Notes: generated by a model not told the origin, from the sequence alone. Counted from the stretch's first letter, positions 39,883 to 50,458 are shown. The stretch is DNA of 64,000 nucleotides from Patescibacteria group bacterium (GCA_041666325.1 JBAYHC010000002.1:157319-221318), one strand, 5' to 3'. Numbers and translations: made by a program.

Positions 39883-40147
39883 AGATAATGGCAAAAAGTT
39901 TGCCGCTGGTGCGTTGCTTGGCGCCCTAACCGGAGCTGTTTTGGGAGTTCTTTTTGCTCCGAAGAGCGGCAAGGATACAAGAAAGATCATCAAGGATAAG
40001 GCCAAAGATTATTCCGACAAGGGTAAAGAGCTCGTGGAGAAGGGCAGCGAGAGCGCAAAAGATGCCTGGGAGAAGATGAAAAACAAGGGCGAGGAAATTA
40101 AATCTGATGTTGAAAAAGAGATCGAGAAAAGAACCGATAATAAGTAG
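39872..40147 (+). CDS. YtxH domain protein
   Basis: FAAGALLGA..G.LFAPKSGKDTR. Confidence 0.9.
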   Translation: MTNKDNGKKFAAGALLGALTGAVLGVLFAPKSGKDTRKIIKDKAKDYSDKGKELVEKGSESAKDAWEKMKNKGEEIKSDVEKEIEKRTDNK

Positions 40148-40195
40148 TATTACTAGAGCTTAAAACAAAGACATATAGGGTTTTAGGAGCATGCA

Positions 40196-41392
40196 ATGGC
40201 AAGAATTGATTTTATTGATCCAGTCACTGGAGATGTAAAAAATAATCATAAAAAACGCTTAAGTTTAGGCGTGGTTGCTTTAGTACTCGTAGCCTTAATG
40301 GTCGGAGCTGTGAGCGGTGTGTTTGGATTACTGGCACTTTCGGCTAATGACGGGGCTCTTGCAAAAAAGTTTGGCTTCCAAGAGCTTTCTATACCGACAA
40401 CCAAGACAGAAAGAATGGTTCTTGAGGAATCAAGCGCGATCATTGACGCAACAAATAAGGTGAAGGGTGCAGTCGTTTCAGTCAAGCAGAAGAAGACCGT
40501 CCAAGACATTTTCGGTCAAGTCGTTGAGGCGGAGGGTGCAGGCACGGGTTTTATTATTACCAATGATGGACTAATTTTAACCAACGCTCATGTTGTTTCC
40601 GACTCAAATGCCACCTATTCGGTGGTCTTGGCAGATGGTACCAGCTACGATGCGGTGGTAAAATCAGTTGATACTTATCAGGACATTGCTGTCCTCAAAG
40701 TTGAGGCTAGAAACCTGCCCGTTGTTGAGCTGGGTGATTCTGATCAACTCGAGGTTGGCCAGTGGGTCGTAGCGGTTGGCAACGCGCTTGGCAAATACCA
40801 GAACACGGTGACCGCAGGTATCGTCTCTGGGCGGAACCGCAAGATTCAAGCAACTGATTCTTCTTCTGGCGCGACTGAGACTCTGGACAATCTTATTCAA
40901 ACAGATGCGGCCATAAATCAGGGTAACTCCGGTGGTCCACTCGTAAACCTTAAGGGTCAAGTTATTGGCATAAACACAGCCGTTGCCACAAACGCACAGG
41001 GTATTGGCTTTGCTATTCCTATAAGTGAAGCTAAATCTGCAATCGAAAGCATCAAGAGATCAGGTCGAATAATTCGACCGTTTATCGGTGTCCGTTATGT
41101 TCAGGTTACACCGGAGATCGTTAAAGAAAACAGTCTAACTGTCGATTATGGTGCTTGGGTTTTGCGTGGTCAGGGCATGGGTCAGGTAGCAGTTGTTGCT
41201 GGATCACCAGCCGATAAGGCAGGTATAGTTGAGAATGATATTATTCTCGAAATTAACGGCGAGAAGATCGACCAGAACAACAGCCTGATAAGTCTGATAC
41301 AGCAGTATCAAGTCGGTGACGAAGTTGAGCTCAAGGTTTTGTCAAAGGGCAGCGAAAAGAAGGTTAAAGTTACGCTCGAAGAAAGAAAGTAA
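40196..41392 (+). CDS. htrA: HtrA/DegP-like serine protease
   Basis: GTGFII, TNAHVV, QTDAAINQGNSGGPL, PDZ domain. Confidence 0.96.
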   Translation: MARIDFIDPVTGDVKNNHKKRLSLGVVALVLVALMVGAVSGVFGLLALSANDGALAKKFGFQELSIPTTKTERMVLEESSAIIDATNKVKGAVVSVKQKKTVQDIFGQVVEAEGAGTGFIITNDGLILTNAHVVSDSNATYSVVLADGTSYDAVVKSVDTYQDIAVLKVEARNLPVVELGDSDQLEVGQWVVAVGNALGKYQNTVTAGIVSGRNRKIQATDSSSGATETLDNLIQTDAAINQGNSGGPLVNLKGQVIGINTAVATNAQGIGFAIPISEAKSAIESIKRSGRIIRPFIGVRYVQVTPEIVKENSLTVDYGAWVLRGQGMGQVAVVAGSPADKAGIVENDIILEINGEKIDQNNSLISLIQQYQVGDEVELKVLSKGSEKKVKVTLEERK

Positions 41393-41413
41393 CCGCCAAT
41401 ATCTCGTTAATAA

Positions 41414-41444
41414 ACAAAAAATACGCTCAAAGCGTATTTTTTGT
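41414..41444. terminator. Bidirectional terminator
   Basis: acaaaaaatacgct-caa-agcgtattttttgt. Confidence 0.75.
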
Positions 41445-41544
41445 GTACGCCTTTTGCCATGTGTCTTGGAGCAGACTGATTGGCTCGGCAAAAGGCGCGG
41501 TAGGCTAGATGGTGGGACACTGACTTTTCCTCCTTCTCGCCCTG

Positions 41545-41769
41545 TCATTCGTTCTTGTCGGGCGGAAAGATAAAGATTATACGACACTGCTCGCAGGAAA
41601 CGGCATAAATCGGAACCTTGTGTGTCGTTCCGTCCCGGTTGATCTTGATGTCGAGAGATGCTAGGTTTCCTCGACATTGTGGACACGTGATGAGCCGGCG
41701 CTGGATCTGCATGACTTGATAGCGATCGTTTATCCTGATTTGTTGGAGTTCGGCCTCCGATAGTGCCAT
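41545..41769 (-). CDS. Small zinc-ribbon protein
   Basis: CPQC...CEQC; GGAAGGGGG upstream. Confidence 0.6.
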   Translation of the reverse strand: MALSEAELQQIRINDRYQVMQIQRRLITCPQCRGNLASLDIKINRDGTTHKVPIYAVSCEQCRIIFIFPPDKNE

Positions 41770-41802
41770 CTTGTTCGCCCCCCTTCCTGGCTCGATAGCA
41801 GC

Positions 41803-42789
41803 TTAATTAGAACATATCGAGAGAAATCTATCAAGAGAGGCAAGGTCTTTGTGCAAATCTACCTTTCTGTCAGAAAAAATCTGTTTGGCTGTGTTAAATA
41901 ATTCAGTGGCGTTGCGTGGATCCAGTTCTGCTAAGATGATTCCGCCAGGGTTGATTCGATCCCTTACTTCGCTCAGGAAGCGTTTAATAATCGTTGTGCC
42001 ATTTTCGCCTGCGAATATGGCTTCTTGCGGCTCGAAATCTATTGGGCTCTTCCGTCTGGAGTTTACCCCGACTTTGTCGGGGCCTTCCGCCATACTAAGG
42101 ATGGCTATTTCCTGATGAGTTTGGGGCACATAGGGCAGATTCGCGATTACGAGATCAAATTTTCTTGGGAGTCGTTTGTTGGAGAGTAGATCGGAGTTAT
42201 AAAAGCTAATTGAGCCCTTAACGCCATGCTTTTCAGCATTTTTCTTAGCAACCGTTAAGGCTCTCGAAGAGATGTCGGTGGCATAAATATTGGTAGAAAG
42301 TAAAGAATGGAGGGTAGAAAGGGATTTTGCAATGGAAACAGCAATGCAACCGGAGCCAGTGCCGACGTCTAGAATTATGAATTTAGAATTATGAATTATG
42401 AGTTTGTGGCTGTTTGTTTCTTGCCGCTTTTCGTTAATTCTTGATTCATAATTCTTAATTCTGTCGAGTGCGGTTTCGACCAGTAGCTCTGTCTCTGGAC
42501 GTGGAATCAGGACATTTTTATTAACTATAAAATCTAGACCATAAAATTCCTTGTGGCCCAAAATATAGGCAACTGGTTCGCCCGTTTTCCTTCGGCGGAT
42601 ATAGCGCCTGAAGCGAGAGTAGTCAGCATTAGTCATCGGCATTTGGGGGTGAGAAAAAATAAACGGTGCGTCCTTGGATATGGCTGCTTCCAGTAGTACC
42701 CTAGCATCAAGATCGGGTGTTTCAACACCTTGGTTTGATAGTTCCTTGGATGCTCTTTTCAAAATTGTGCCAATTGAAAGATAACTCAT
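41803..42789 (-). CDS. prmC: Release factor glutamine methyltransferase PrmC (with insertions)
   Basis: GEPVAYI, VLIPRPETE, DVGTGSGCI, NLPY; follows prfA. Confidence 0.95.
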   Translation of the reverse strand: MSYLSIGTILKRASKELSNQGVETPDLDARVLLEAAISKDAPFIFSHPQMPMTNADYSRFRRYIRRRKTGEPVAYILGHKEFYGLDFIVNKNVLIPRPETELLVETALDRIKNYESRINEKRQETNSHKLIIHNSKFIILDVGTGSGCIAVSIAKSLSTLHSLLSTNIYATDISSRALTVAKKNAEKHGVKGSISFYNSDLLSNKRLPRKFDLVIANLPYVPQTHQEIAILSMAEGPDKVGVNSRRKSPIDFEPQEAIFAGENGTTIIKRFLSEVRDRINPGGIILAELDPRNATELFNTAKQIFSDRKVDLHKDLASLDRFLSICSN

Positions 42790-42809
42790 GGGATAATCTT
42801 TTGTTGCCT

Positions 42810-43892
42810 TTATCGAACGCTTGTTTCCTCTGATGTGGCAAGCAGCCTTGCTTGGTCTTCGGAGACTAGACTGTTCACGATAGGTTCAAGGTCGCCGTCC
42901 AGAATACGAGGCAGACTGTGCCAAGATTCATTAATTCGGTGATCAGTGAGACGGTCTTGGGGGAAATTGTAGGTTCTAATTTTTTCAGATCGGTCACCTG
43001 TGCCGACCTGCGATCGGCGTGCGTCACCACGCTCTTTAGCCAGTCGCTCTTCTTCTGCTGCAAGCAAACGAGAACGTAGGATACTAAGGGCTTTTTCTCT
43101 ATTTTTCAGTTGGCTTTTTTCGTCTTGACAGGACACCACTGTGTTGGTTGGGAGGTGTGTGATACGGACGGCAGAGTAGGTAGTGTTGACTGACTGGCCG
43201 CCCGGGCCAGTGGCACAGAAGGTGTCAATTCGAAGATCTTCGGGCTTGATTGCAATATCAGCTTCCTCTGCTTCCGGCAGTACGGCTACAGTGATGGTTG
43301 ATGTGTGGATGCGACCAGCCTTTTCTGTCTCTGGAACACGCTGAACACGATGCACGCCGCTTTCGTATTTCATCTTTGAATAAACGTTGCGCCCGTTTAT
43401 TTGGAATGTGATTGACTTCAGGCCGCCGATCGGTGAAGGTTGCGAGTCGAGTATCTCTATCTTCCATTCTTGTCGCTCGGCATAACGGGCATACATCCTG
43501 AAGACTTCTGCTGCAAATAGCTCAGATTCATCGCCTCCCGCACCGGGCCTGATTTCGATGATGACGTTTTTTTCATCGTTTCTGTCTTTGGGCAGGATGG
43601 CAATTTCCATTTCTTTCTCAAGTTCTCCAAATTCTCTTTCAAGGTCTGCTAGCTCAGCCTGTGCGATCTCGGCCAACTCTGGGTCGATGCCGCTATTGAT
43701 AATGTCTTGGTTCTCGGAAATGTTTCTCTGCACTGCAAAATAACGTTCAATTCTCTCTGCAAGGGGTGCGATATCTGCTTTTTCCTTGGAGATTTTGACA
43801 AATTGAGCTTGGTCTTGTGTGATCATGGGATCGTTTAATCTTTGTTCAAGATTGCGATAGTTGTCTAATATTTTTTGCAGTTTCTCATTCAT
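42810..43892 (-). CDS. prfA: Peptide chain release factor 1
   Basis: [14 protein letters not shown] (PxT), [17 protein letters not shown]. Confidence 0.98.
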   Translation of the reverse strand: MNEKLQKILDNYRNLEQRLNDPMITQDQAQFVKISKEKADIAPLAERIERYFAVQRNISENQDIINSGIDPELAEIAQAELADLEREFGELEKEMEIAILPKDRNDEKNVIIEIRPGAGGDESELFAAEVFRMYARYAERQEWKIEILDSQPSPIGGLKSITFQINGRNVYSKMKYESGVHRVQRVPETEKAGRIHTSTITVAVLPEAEEADIAIKPEDLRIDTFCATGPGGQSVNTTYSAVRITHLPTNTVVSCQDEKSQLKNREKALSILRSRLLAAEEERLAKERGDARRSQVGTGDRSEKIRTYNFPQDRLTDHRINESWHSLPRILDGDLEPIVNSLVSEDQARLLATSEETSVR

Positions 43893-44080
43893 AAGATTTT
43901 CCTAATCATATATGGACGACAGACTTAATGGACGACGGATTTAAGCATAAAATTTTTGTTGGTTGCTTTGCCTGACTTTGGTCGAGGTTGGAGTCTGTTA
44001 GTTCGTTTTTTTATTTGGTTAATTAAAAACCGGCCTTTGTTTCTCTGCTCTCAAGAAGGCGGAGATAGTGCCGGTTTTAA

Positions 44081-44201
44081 TTATAACAAGATATGATAAT
44101 GCCCGATAGGGCGACAAGGCGTTACAAGAAGCGAAGCGCACTTATAACAAGATATGATAATGCCCGGCGACAGTGCGTTAAACGAGTGAAACGAGTATAA
44201 C
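44081..44201. repeat. Tandem ~61-bp imperfect duplication
   Basis: ttataacaagatatgataatgcccg at 44081 and 44142, with similar downstream sequence. Confidence 0.85.
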
Positions 44202-44211
44202 TTAAAATCAA

Positions 44212-44499
44212 CTACTCTTCAGCAGTTTCTTTTTTGATTTTTTCTTTCTTTGCTTCAGCCTTAGTGTTTGCTTTTGCCTTTTCGGCTTCGGCCTTTTCAC
44301 GTGCAGCCACGCGAGCTCTGAACTTATCGACTCGTCCTGCTGTGTCGACTAGCTTTTGCTTGCCGGTGTAGAAAGGATGACAGGATGAACATATTTCAAC
44401 CTTGATGCCTTCTTGCGTCGAGCCAACAGAATAAGTTGCGCCACAGGCGCAAGTGATGACGGTATCATTGAAATATGTTGGATGGATACTTGGTTTCAT
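44212..44499 (-). CDS. rpmE: 50S ribosomal protein L31
   Basis: [30 protein letters not shown]. Confidence 0.97.
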   Translation of the reverse strand: MKPSIHPTYFNDTVITCACGATYSVGSTQEGIKVEICSSCHPFYTGKQKLVDTAGRVDKFRARVAAREKAEAEKAKANTKAEAKKEKIKKETAEE

Positions 44500-44585
44500 T
44501 TAAAACACCTAAAACTTAAGAACTAAAGAACAAAAAACGAAATCAGGCTCGTTTTTTATATCAACGAGATAAATATATCACACTA

Positions 44586-44614
44586 TTGAATCTATGTAAA
44601 TAGTCTGCTATACT
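44586..44614 (+). promoter_or_regulatory. Promoter of the rpsB-tsf operon
   Basis: TTGAAT-17 nt-TATACT with TGn. Confidence 0.65.
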
Positions 44615-44738
44615 CCATCGAGTAATCCTCATCATTGAGGAAGCGGATCCTCCTTCGCTCGGGTTTGCCTCGAATCTTTCAGTTTTGCAGGCAAAACTGC
44701 GCTGTGGAGAACGCACCCTTGGGCAAAGCCCGAGGAGT

Positions 44739-44792
44739 ACACACGTCCATCTCAAATTCTTTCCCGGTTTACCGGGAGTGTTGGGCGGAGGT
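44739..44792 (+). promoter_or_regulatory. Putative rpsB (S2) autoregulatory leader
   Basis: acacacgtcc...gggcggagg with internal hairpin, resembling rpsB leaders as I recall them. Confidence 0.55.
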
Positions 44793-44928
44793 TTAAAAAA
44801 GAATTAGCGCCGAGCAAAGCTTGGCAGCCCCTGCTAAATTACGAATTGCTCAAAATTACGAATAGTATTTGTAATTTCGTACTTTCGTTTAGTTTGTATT
44901 TTCGTAGGGGACTAGAAAGGAATATTTT

Positions 44929-45645
44929 ATGGCTACGACATTACCAACGTTGCGTAATCTCTTGGACGCAGGTGTTCATTTTGGACACAAAACATCTCGT
45001 TGGCATCCGGCAATGGAGAAGTATATTTTTACATCCAAATCTGGCGTGCATGTTATCAACCTTGAGTCGACCGCAGAGAAAATGGCCGAGGCTGTTAATT
45101 TTTTGAAGGAACTTTCCGCTTCGGGCAAAACAGTCATGTTTGTTGGCACAAAGAAGCAAGCTGCAAATATCATCAAAGTTGCAGCTGAAAATTGTGGCAT
45201 GCCGTTTGTAAACTCTCGCTGGCTTGGCGGGACTCTTACCAACTTTGACATTATCCGGGGTTCTGTCAAAAAGTTCGAGAAGAACAAGAAAATGCTCGAG
45301 GGCGAAGAGGCTAACGCACTATCAAAGAGAGACCGAACCAAATTAAAAGAAGAAACTGAAAAGGCAGAGAAGGTTTTGGGTGGACTCGTCAAACTTGAGA
45401 AAAAGCCTGATGCGTTAATTCTGATTGGTGCTCATGATGAGAAAAATGCTCTTCGTGAGGCAAAAAATGCTGGCATTCCAGTCATTGCTATTGTTGATAC
45501 CAACACAAACCCCAGTCTGATCGACTATCCAGTGCCGGCAAATGATGATGCCACCAAATCAATCGAACTTTTCGCTAACCTTTTTTCCCAGATTATCAAG
45601 GAGAATAAGGGAGCAGTAGTTGAGAAAAAAGAAGAAACAAAATAG
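44929..45645 (+). CDS. rpsB: 30S ribosomal protein S2
   Basis: AGVHFGH, RWLGGTLTN, DTN..P..IDYPVPANDD. Confidence 0.98.
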   Translation: MATTLPTLRNLLDAGVHFGHKTSRWHPAMEKYIFTSKSGVHVINLESTAEKMAEAVNFLKELSASGKTVMFVGTKKQAANIIKVAAENCGMPFVNSRWLGGTLTNFDIIRGSVKKFEKNKKMLEGEEANALSKRDRTKLKEETEKAEKVLGGLVKLEKKPDALILIGAHDEKNALREAKNAGIPVIAIVDTNTNPSLIDYPVPANDDATKSIELFANLFSQIIKENKGAVVEKKEETK

Positions 45646-45829
45646 TTTATAAAGTTAAAAGTTCCTAAAGTTTGTAAAATAGCTCTCATCTGTCGGGGGT
45701 CATCCCAACCCATTGATCTTTGAGGCGGAGGGATCCTCCAGCATGCTAGATTAAATCTCTCAGAATAACTTTATTGCTTTATAACCTTACGAACTTTATA
45801 AACTTTATGAACTCTAATCAAGGAGTTTT

Positions 45830-46426
45830 ATGGCAGACATCAAAGCATCACAAGTTGCACAGTTGCGTAACAAAACCGGTTTATCAATGATGGAGTGTAA
45901 AAAGGCTCTTGTTGAGGCAGGCGGCGATGAGGCTGCAGCATTAGAAATCCTCCGTCGCAGCGGCGCAGATAAAGCCAGCAAGAAAGCCGAAAGGACTACA
46001 GGGTCAGGGATCATCGAGGCCTACTCTCACGAAGGCAGGATCGGTGTTTTGGTTGAGGTTTTGTGCGAAACTGACTTTGTCACAAGGAATGAAGAATTCA
46101 AACAGCTCGCCCATGACGTTGCTTTGCAGGTTGCAGCCATGAACCCACTCTATGTTTCTCGGGATAACGTTCCCGCTGAGATTTTAGACGAGCAGAAGAA
46201 AATCTTTGAGGATGAGGCTAGGTCTGGCGGTAAACCGGAAGATATCATTGCCAAAATTGCCGAAGGCAAACTCGAAAAGTATTTTGCCGAAGTATGCCTG
46301 GTTGATCAGCCTTTCGTAAAGGATCAAGACACAACTATCGGAAAACTCATTACGGAAAAGATTGCAAAAATTGGTGAGAATATTGCCGTATCCCGATTTG
46401 TTCGTTTCGAACTCGGCTTGAAATAG
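45830..46426 (+). CDS. tsf: Elongation factor Ts (short form)
   Basis: LRNKTG..MMECKKAL, CETDFV. Confidence 0.97.
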   Translation: MADIKASQVAQLRNKTGLSMMECKKALVEAGGDEAAALEILRRSGADKASKKAERTTGSGIIEAYSHEGRIGVLVEVLCETDFVTRNEEFKQLAHDVALQVAAMNPLYVSRDNVPAEILDEQKKIFEDEARSGGKPEDIIAKIAEGKLEKYFAEVCLVDQPFVKDQDTTIGKLITEKIAKIGENIAVSRFVRFELGLK

Positions 46427-46482
46427 TTTTTGTACCTGCTTTAGCTTTCCTTAGTTGGAGTTTTTTGCTAGACTGATGCTAA

Positions 46483-47196
46483 ATGCAGAAGCCGAAATAT
46501 AAACGTGTTCTAATTAAACTATCTGGCGAGGCACTATTGGGCTCTCGCCATTATGGTATTGAGCCCGAAACTGTTGACAAGGTTGCGTCGGAGATTGCCA
46601 AAACTTCTAGTACTGGTGCAGAGATTGTGATAGTTTTGGGTGGCGGGAATATCTTCCGTGGTTTAGCCGCATCAAAACATGGTCTAGACCGTACGGCAGC
46701 CGACTATATAGGAATGCTGGCAACGGTTATGAATTCGCTCGCACTTGGTAGTTCGCTAAAGAAGATCGGTCTTGAGAATCGAGTTCAGTCGGCAATTGAT
46801 ATGCCCAAGGTCTGCGAGTCTTACATTCGTAATCGTGCTATTCGCCATCTTGAGAAAGGAAGGGTTGTGATCGTGGGTGCTGGTTCGGGAAATCCATATT
46901 TTTCCACAGATACGGCTGCAGCCATGCGGGCATGCGAATTAAATTGTGATGTAGTGCTCAAAGCAACCAAAGTTGATGGTGTTTACAACAAAGATCCGGA
47001 AAAGTTCCCAGATGCAGTACGGATAGAGCAGCTTGCGCATCTTGACATATTAAACAATGGGTATGGAGTCATGGACAACACTGCCGTAACCTTGTGTATG
47101 GACAACAAGTTGCCTATCCTTGTTCTCGAGTTGCTCAAGGACGACAATATCAAGAGGGCCGTTCTGGGAGAGAAAATCGGTACTATTGTAAAGTAA
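46483..47196 (+). CDS. pyrH: Uridylate kinase
   Basis: RVLIKLSGEAL, GGGNIFRG, GNPYFSTDT. Confidence 0.98.
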   Translation: MQKPKYKRVLIKLSGEALLGSRHYGIEPETVDKVASEIAKTSSTGAEIVIVLGGGNIFRGLAASKHGLDRTAADYIGMLATVMNSLALGSSLKKIGLENRVQSAIDMPKVCESYIRNRAIRHLEKGRVVIVGAGSGNPYFSTDTAAAMRACELNCDVVLKATKVDGVYNKDPEKFPDAVRIEQLAHLDILNNGYGVMDNTAVTLCMDNKLPILVLELLKDDNIKRAVLGEKIGTIVK

Positions 47197-47230
47197 CTCA
47201 TTTAGGAAGATGGTAAAACAAGGAGTCGCT

Positions 47231-47791
47231 ATGACTATAGATGAAATTATCAAAGAAGCTCGACCCAAGATGGAAGCAACAATTAGCAGATTAGTGGAAG
47301 AATTGAAAAAGATCCGCGCAGGAAGAGCTAATCCCGAAATTGTAGATGGAATCATGGTTTCTTATTACGGAACGACGACTCCTTTGCGTGAGATGGCTTC
47401 GATTAGTGTTCCCGAATCGACCCAAATCGCGATCAAGCCCTGGGATCGCAATGCTCTATCGGATATAGAGACGGCTATTCGAAATTCCGATCTTGGTTTA
47501 TCGCCAATTAATGATGGTGTATCAGTTCGTTTGGTTTTGCCGCCCCTAACCGAGGAGAGAAGAAAGCAGATTGCCTCTCAAGTGAAGAAAATGGGAGAAG
47601 AGGCGAGAGTAGCTCTGCGAAATGTTCGTGGGGAGGCATGGGCCAAGGTTCAGGAGGGTGAAAAGCGCAAAGAGGTCACAGAGGATGATCGTTACATGGC
47701 TGAAGAAGAGCTGAATAAGCTGATTGGCGAAATGAACAAAAAGGTTGACCAGTCGGCTGCCGATAAAGAAGCTGAAATTTTGAAAATATAA
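47231..47791 (+). CDS. frr: Ribosome recycling factor
   Basis: IRAGRANP, PPLTEERRK. Confidence 0.97.
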   Translation: MTIDEIIKEARPKMEATISRLVEELKKIRAGRANPEIVDGIMVSYYGTTTPLREMASISVPESTQIAIKPWDRNALSDIETAIRNSDLGLSPINDGVSVRLVLPPLTEERRKQIASQVKKMGEEARVALRNVRGEAWAKVQEGEKRKEVTEDDRYMAEEELNKLIGEMNKKVDQSAADKEAEILKI

Positions 47792-47930
47792 TTATTAGCA
47801 AGTAGGCAGGCAAGCTTACAAGTAATCAGCGCGAGATATGGATTGTAGCTCGGTCTGCTAGCTTATTCGATCGCCCGCTCACGAGCTTATTAACTTACTT
47901 ACCTACACGTTTGCTAGCTAGCGAGGTTTA

Positions 47931-49010
47931 ATGATACTAACTATCCTTGCATTTTTATTTGTACTTGGCGTATTGGTCCTGGTTCACGAATTCGGTCACT
48001 TCATTGCAGCCAAAAAGGCAGGGGTGAAAGTTGAAGAGTTCGCCTTCGGTTTCCCCCCGCGGTTGTTCTCAGCCAAGAGGGGCGAGACTAGGTATTCGAT
48101 TAACGCCATTCCTTTTGGTGGCTATGTAAAGATGCTGGGTGAGCTTGAGCATTCGAATCATCCCCGGGCTTTTGAGAACCAATCAACGCTTAAGCGATTT
48201 GTTATCTCCATAGCTGGTGTTGTTATGAATATCCTGCTTGCCTGGGTGATTCTTACTGTCGGCTTTGCGGTGGGCATGTCTCCAATTGTTTCTAATCCAA
48301 ATGCAATTCCCGGGCAAAAACTTTCATCAGAGATAATTGTTGCTGACGTTCAAGCAGATTCACCCGCAAGCAAAGCTGGATTGGAGCAGGGGGACGTTCT
48401 TCTCGGGGCAACTGTTTCCGGTCAAAACATTCCATTCGATGAGGCCGGAGATGTTGGCGCTCTGACCAAATCTCATCGTGGTGAAAAGGTTGTATTCCAG
48501 TACGAGCGTTTAGATAAAACTGCAGAGAGGGAGGTGCAGCTGTCTGATAGCCAGGATGCGCCGCTTGGAGTCGCTGTCGCCGAAAGATCAATTGTACGAG
48601 TTCCGTGGTATCGAGCACCGTATGTCGCTCTACATGAGACATGGAAGGTGGTGGAAGCGACGTTTTCAATGCTCAAGAACTTTGTTTCCGATCTTTTCTC
48701 AACGGGCAAGGTGGCTGATGAGGTTGGCGGGCCGGTGGCAGTCTATGTTTACAGCGGCTTGGCAGCCAGAGCGGGACTAATGGTTTTCATGCAATTTATC
48801 GCCATGCTCTCTATTAACCTTGCTCTCATTAATATCCTGCCCTTTCCAGCCCTCGATGGTGGTCGCCTGCTTTTCATTGCTCTCGAAGGCATCCGCGGCA
48901 AGAAGGTGGTTCGGGAAGAGCTTGAAAATATTATTCATACTATCGGTTTTGTTTTATTAATTATTCTGCTCGTAGCTATTACTTATCGAGATATTATTAA
49001 ACTATTCTAG
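47931..49010 (+). CDS. rseP: RIP metalloprotease RseP
   Basis: HEFGH, PFGGYV, PDZ, NILPFPALDGG. Confidence 0.96.
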   Translation: MILTILAFLFVLGVLVLVHEFGHFIAAKKAGVKVEEFAFGFPPRLFSAKRGETRYSINAIPFGGYVKMLGELEHSNHPRAFENQSTLKRFVISIAGVVMNILLAWVILTVGFAVGMSPIVSNPNAIPGQKLSSEIIVADVQADSPASKAGLEQGDVLLGATVSGQNIPFDEAGDVGALTKSHRGEKVVFQYERLDKTAEREVQLSDSQDAPLGVAVAERSIVRVPWYRAPYVALHETWKVVEATFSMLKNFVSDLFSTGKVADEVGGPVAVYVYSGLAARAGLMVFMQFIAMLSINLALINILPFPALDGGRLLFIALEGIRGKKVVREELENIIHTIGFVLLIILLVAITYRDIIKLF

Positions 49011-49014
49011 TCCT

Positions 49015-50442
49015 ATGTCAAAAGAAGAAATCACTAAAAGAGAAGAAGACTATTCAGAGTGGTACTTGGACGTTATCAAGGTCGCCGATCTAGCTGATTA
49101 TGCCCCAGTGAAGGGCTGTATGGTCATCAAACCCAATGGTTATGCAATGTGGGAAAAAATTCAGCAGACACTAGACAAGAAGTTCAAGGAAACAGGCGTC
49201 GCTAACGCATATTTTCCACTTTTGATTCCGGAGAGCTATTTGAAGCGCGAAGCGGAACATGTTGAGGGTTTTGCCCCGGAGCTTGCGGTCGTGACCCATG
49301 CTGGCGGCAAAAAGCTTGATGAACCGCTAGTTATTCGACCGACCTCAGAGACCATTATTTATGAGATGTTTTCTCGCTGGATTAGCTCTTATCGAGATTT
49401 GCCGCTCCTCATCAATCAGTGGGCTAATGTTGTTCGCTGGGAGATGAGAACAAGACTTTTTTTGCGGACAACAGAATTTTTGTGGCAGGAAGGTCACACT
49501 GCGCACTCAAGCGAAGAGGATGCCGACAAGAGGGCCAGAATGATGCTTGATATTTACCAGCACTTTTGCGAGGAATACTTAGCAATCCCTGTTATCGCGG
49601 GGCAGAAAACTGAAGCTGAAAAGTTTGCCGGAGCCGAAAGAACATACACCATTGAGGCGATGATGCAAGACGGTAAGGCCCTTCAGTCCGGGACTTCTCA
49701 TATGCTGGGACAAAGCTTTGCAAAGGCATTCAACGTGAAGTATTTAAGCGAAGAGGGCAAAGAAGAATACGTCTGGTTGACTAGCTGGGGAGTTAGTACC
49801 CGACTGATTGGTGGAGTTATCATGGCGCACAGCGATGACAAAGGATTGGTTTTGCCGCCAAAGATCGCGTCAACCCAAGTTGTTATTATCCCGATCTGGA
49901 CTAATGATGAGGAGAAGGCTGGGGTGATGGCGCACGTGTCCACCCTTCTGGCTGAGCTAGAAAAATTAGGCATCACTGCCAAGATTGATGATCGAGACAT
50001 GCGGCCTGGTCCAAAGTTCTTTGAATGGGAGAAGAAGGGTATTCCCGTCAGAGTTGAAATCGGTCCGAAGGATATTGCGTCGGGATCAGCAGTTTTGGTT
50101 CGGCGTGATAGCGGAGAGAAGGACGCGGTTTCTCTAAATGGCGCAGCCAAGCAGATAGAGGCAGTCCTTTCGAGTATCCAGCATGATCTATTCCAGCGTG
50201 CTCTTGATTATCGCACGGCAAAGACTAAGGACGTTTCAACTTATGACGAACTTGCAAATCAGGTAGAAGCGGGTTTCGCCAGAGCTCACTGGTGTGGAAA
50301 TCCTAAGTGCGAAGCGAAAGTAAAAGAAGAAACCAAAGCGACTATTCGCTGTATTCCCTTTGATCAGCAGAAAGAAGGGGGCCAGTGTGTTGTTTGCGGT
50401 CAGGAGTCGAGCACTAAAGTGATTTTTGCCCGGTCGTACTAA
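49015..50442 (+). CDS. proS: Proline--tRNA ligase (archaeal/eukaryotic type)
   Basis: IRPTSET, QWANVVRWE, EFLWQEGHT, SWGVSTR, C-terminal FARSY. Confidence 0.98.
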   Translation: MSKEEITKREEDYSEWYLDVIKVADLADYAPVKGCMVIKPNGYAMWEKIQQTLDKKFKETGVANAYFPLLIPESYLKREAEHVEGFAPELAVVTHAGGKKLDEPLVIRPTSETIIYEMFSRWISSYRDLPLLINQWANVVRWEMRTRLFLRTTEFLWQEGHTAHSSEEDADKRARMMLDIYQHFCEEYLAIPVIAGQKTEAEKFAGAERTYTIEAMMQDGKALQSGTSHMLGQSFAKAFNVKYLSEEGKEEYVWLTSWGVSTRLIGGVIMAHSDDKGLVLPPKIASTQVVIIPIWTNDEEKAGVMAHVSTLLAELEKLGITAKIDDRDMRPGPKFFEWEKKGIPVRVEIGPKDIASGSAVLVRRDSGEKDAVSLNGAAKQIEAVLSSIQHDLFQRALDYRTAKTKDVSTYDELANQVEAGFARAHWCGNPKCEAKVKEETKATIRCIPFDQQKEGGQCVVCGQESSTKVIFARSY

Positions 50443-50458
50443 ATTAAACAAAAAAATG

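Noticed and set aside
44081-44201. Mini CRISPR array
   Set aside because: Only two repeat copies, and the intervening sequences resemble each other, which indicates tandem duplication.
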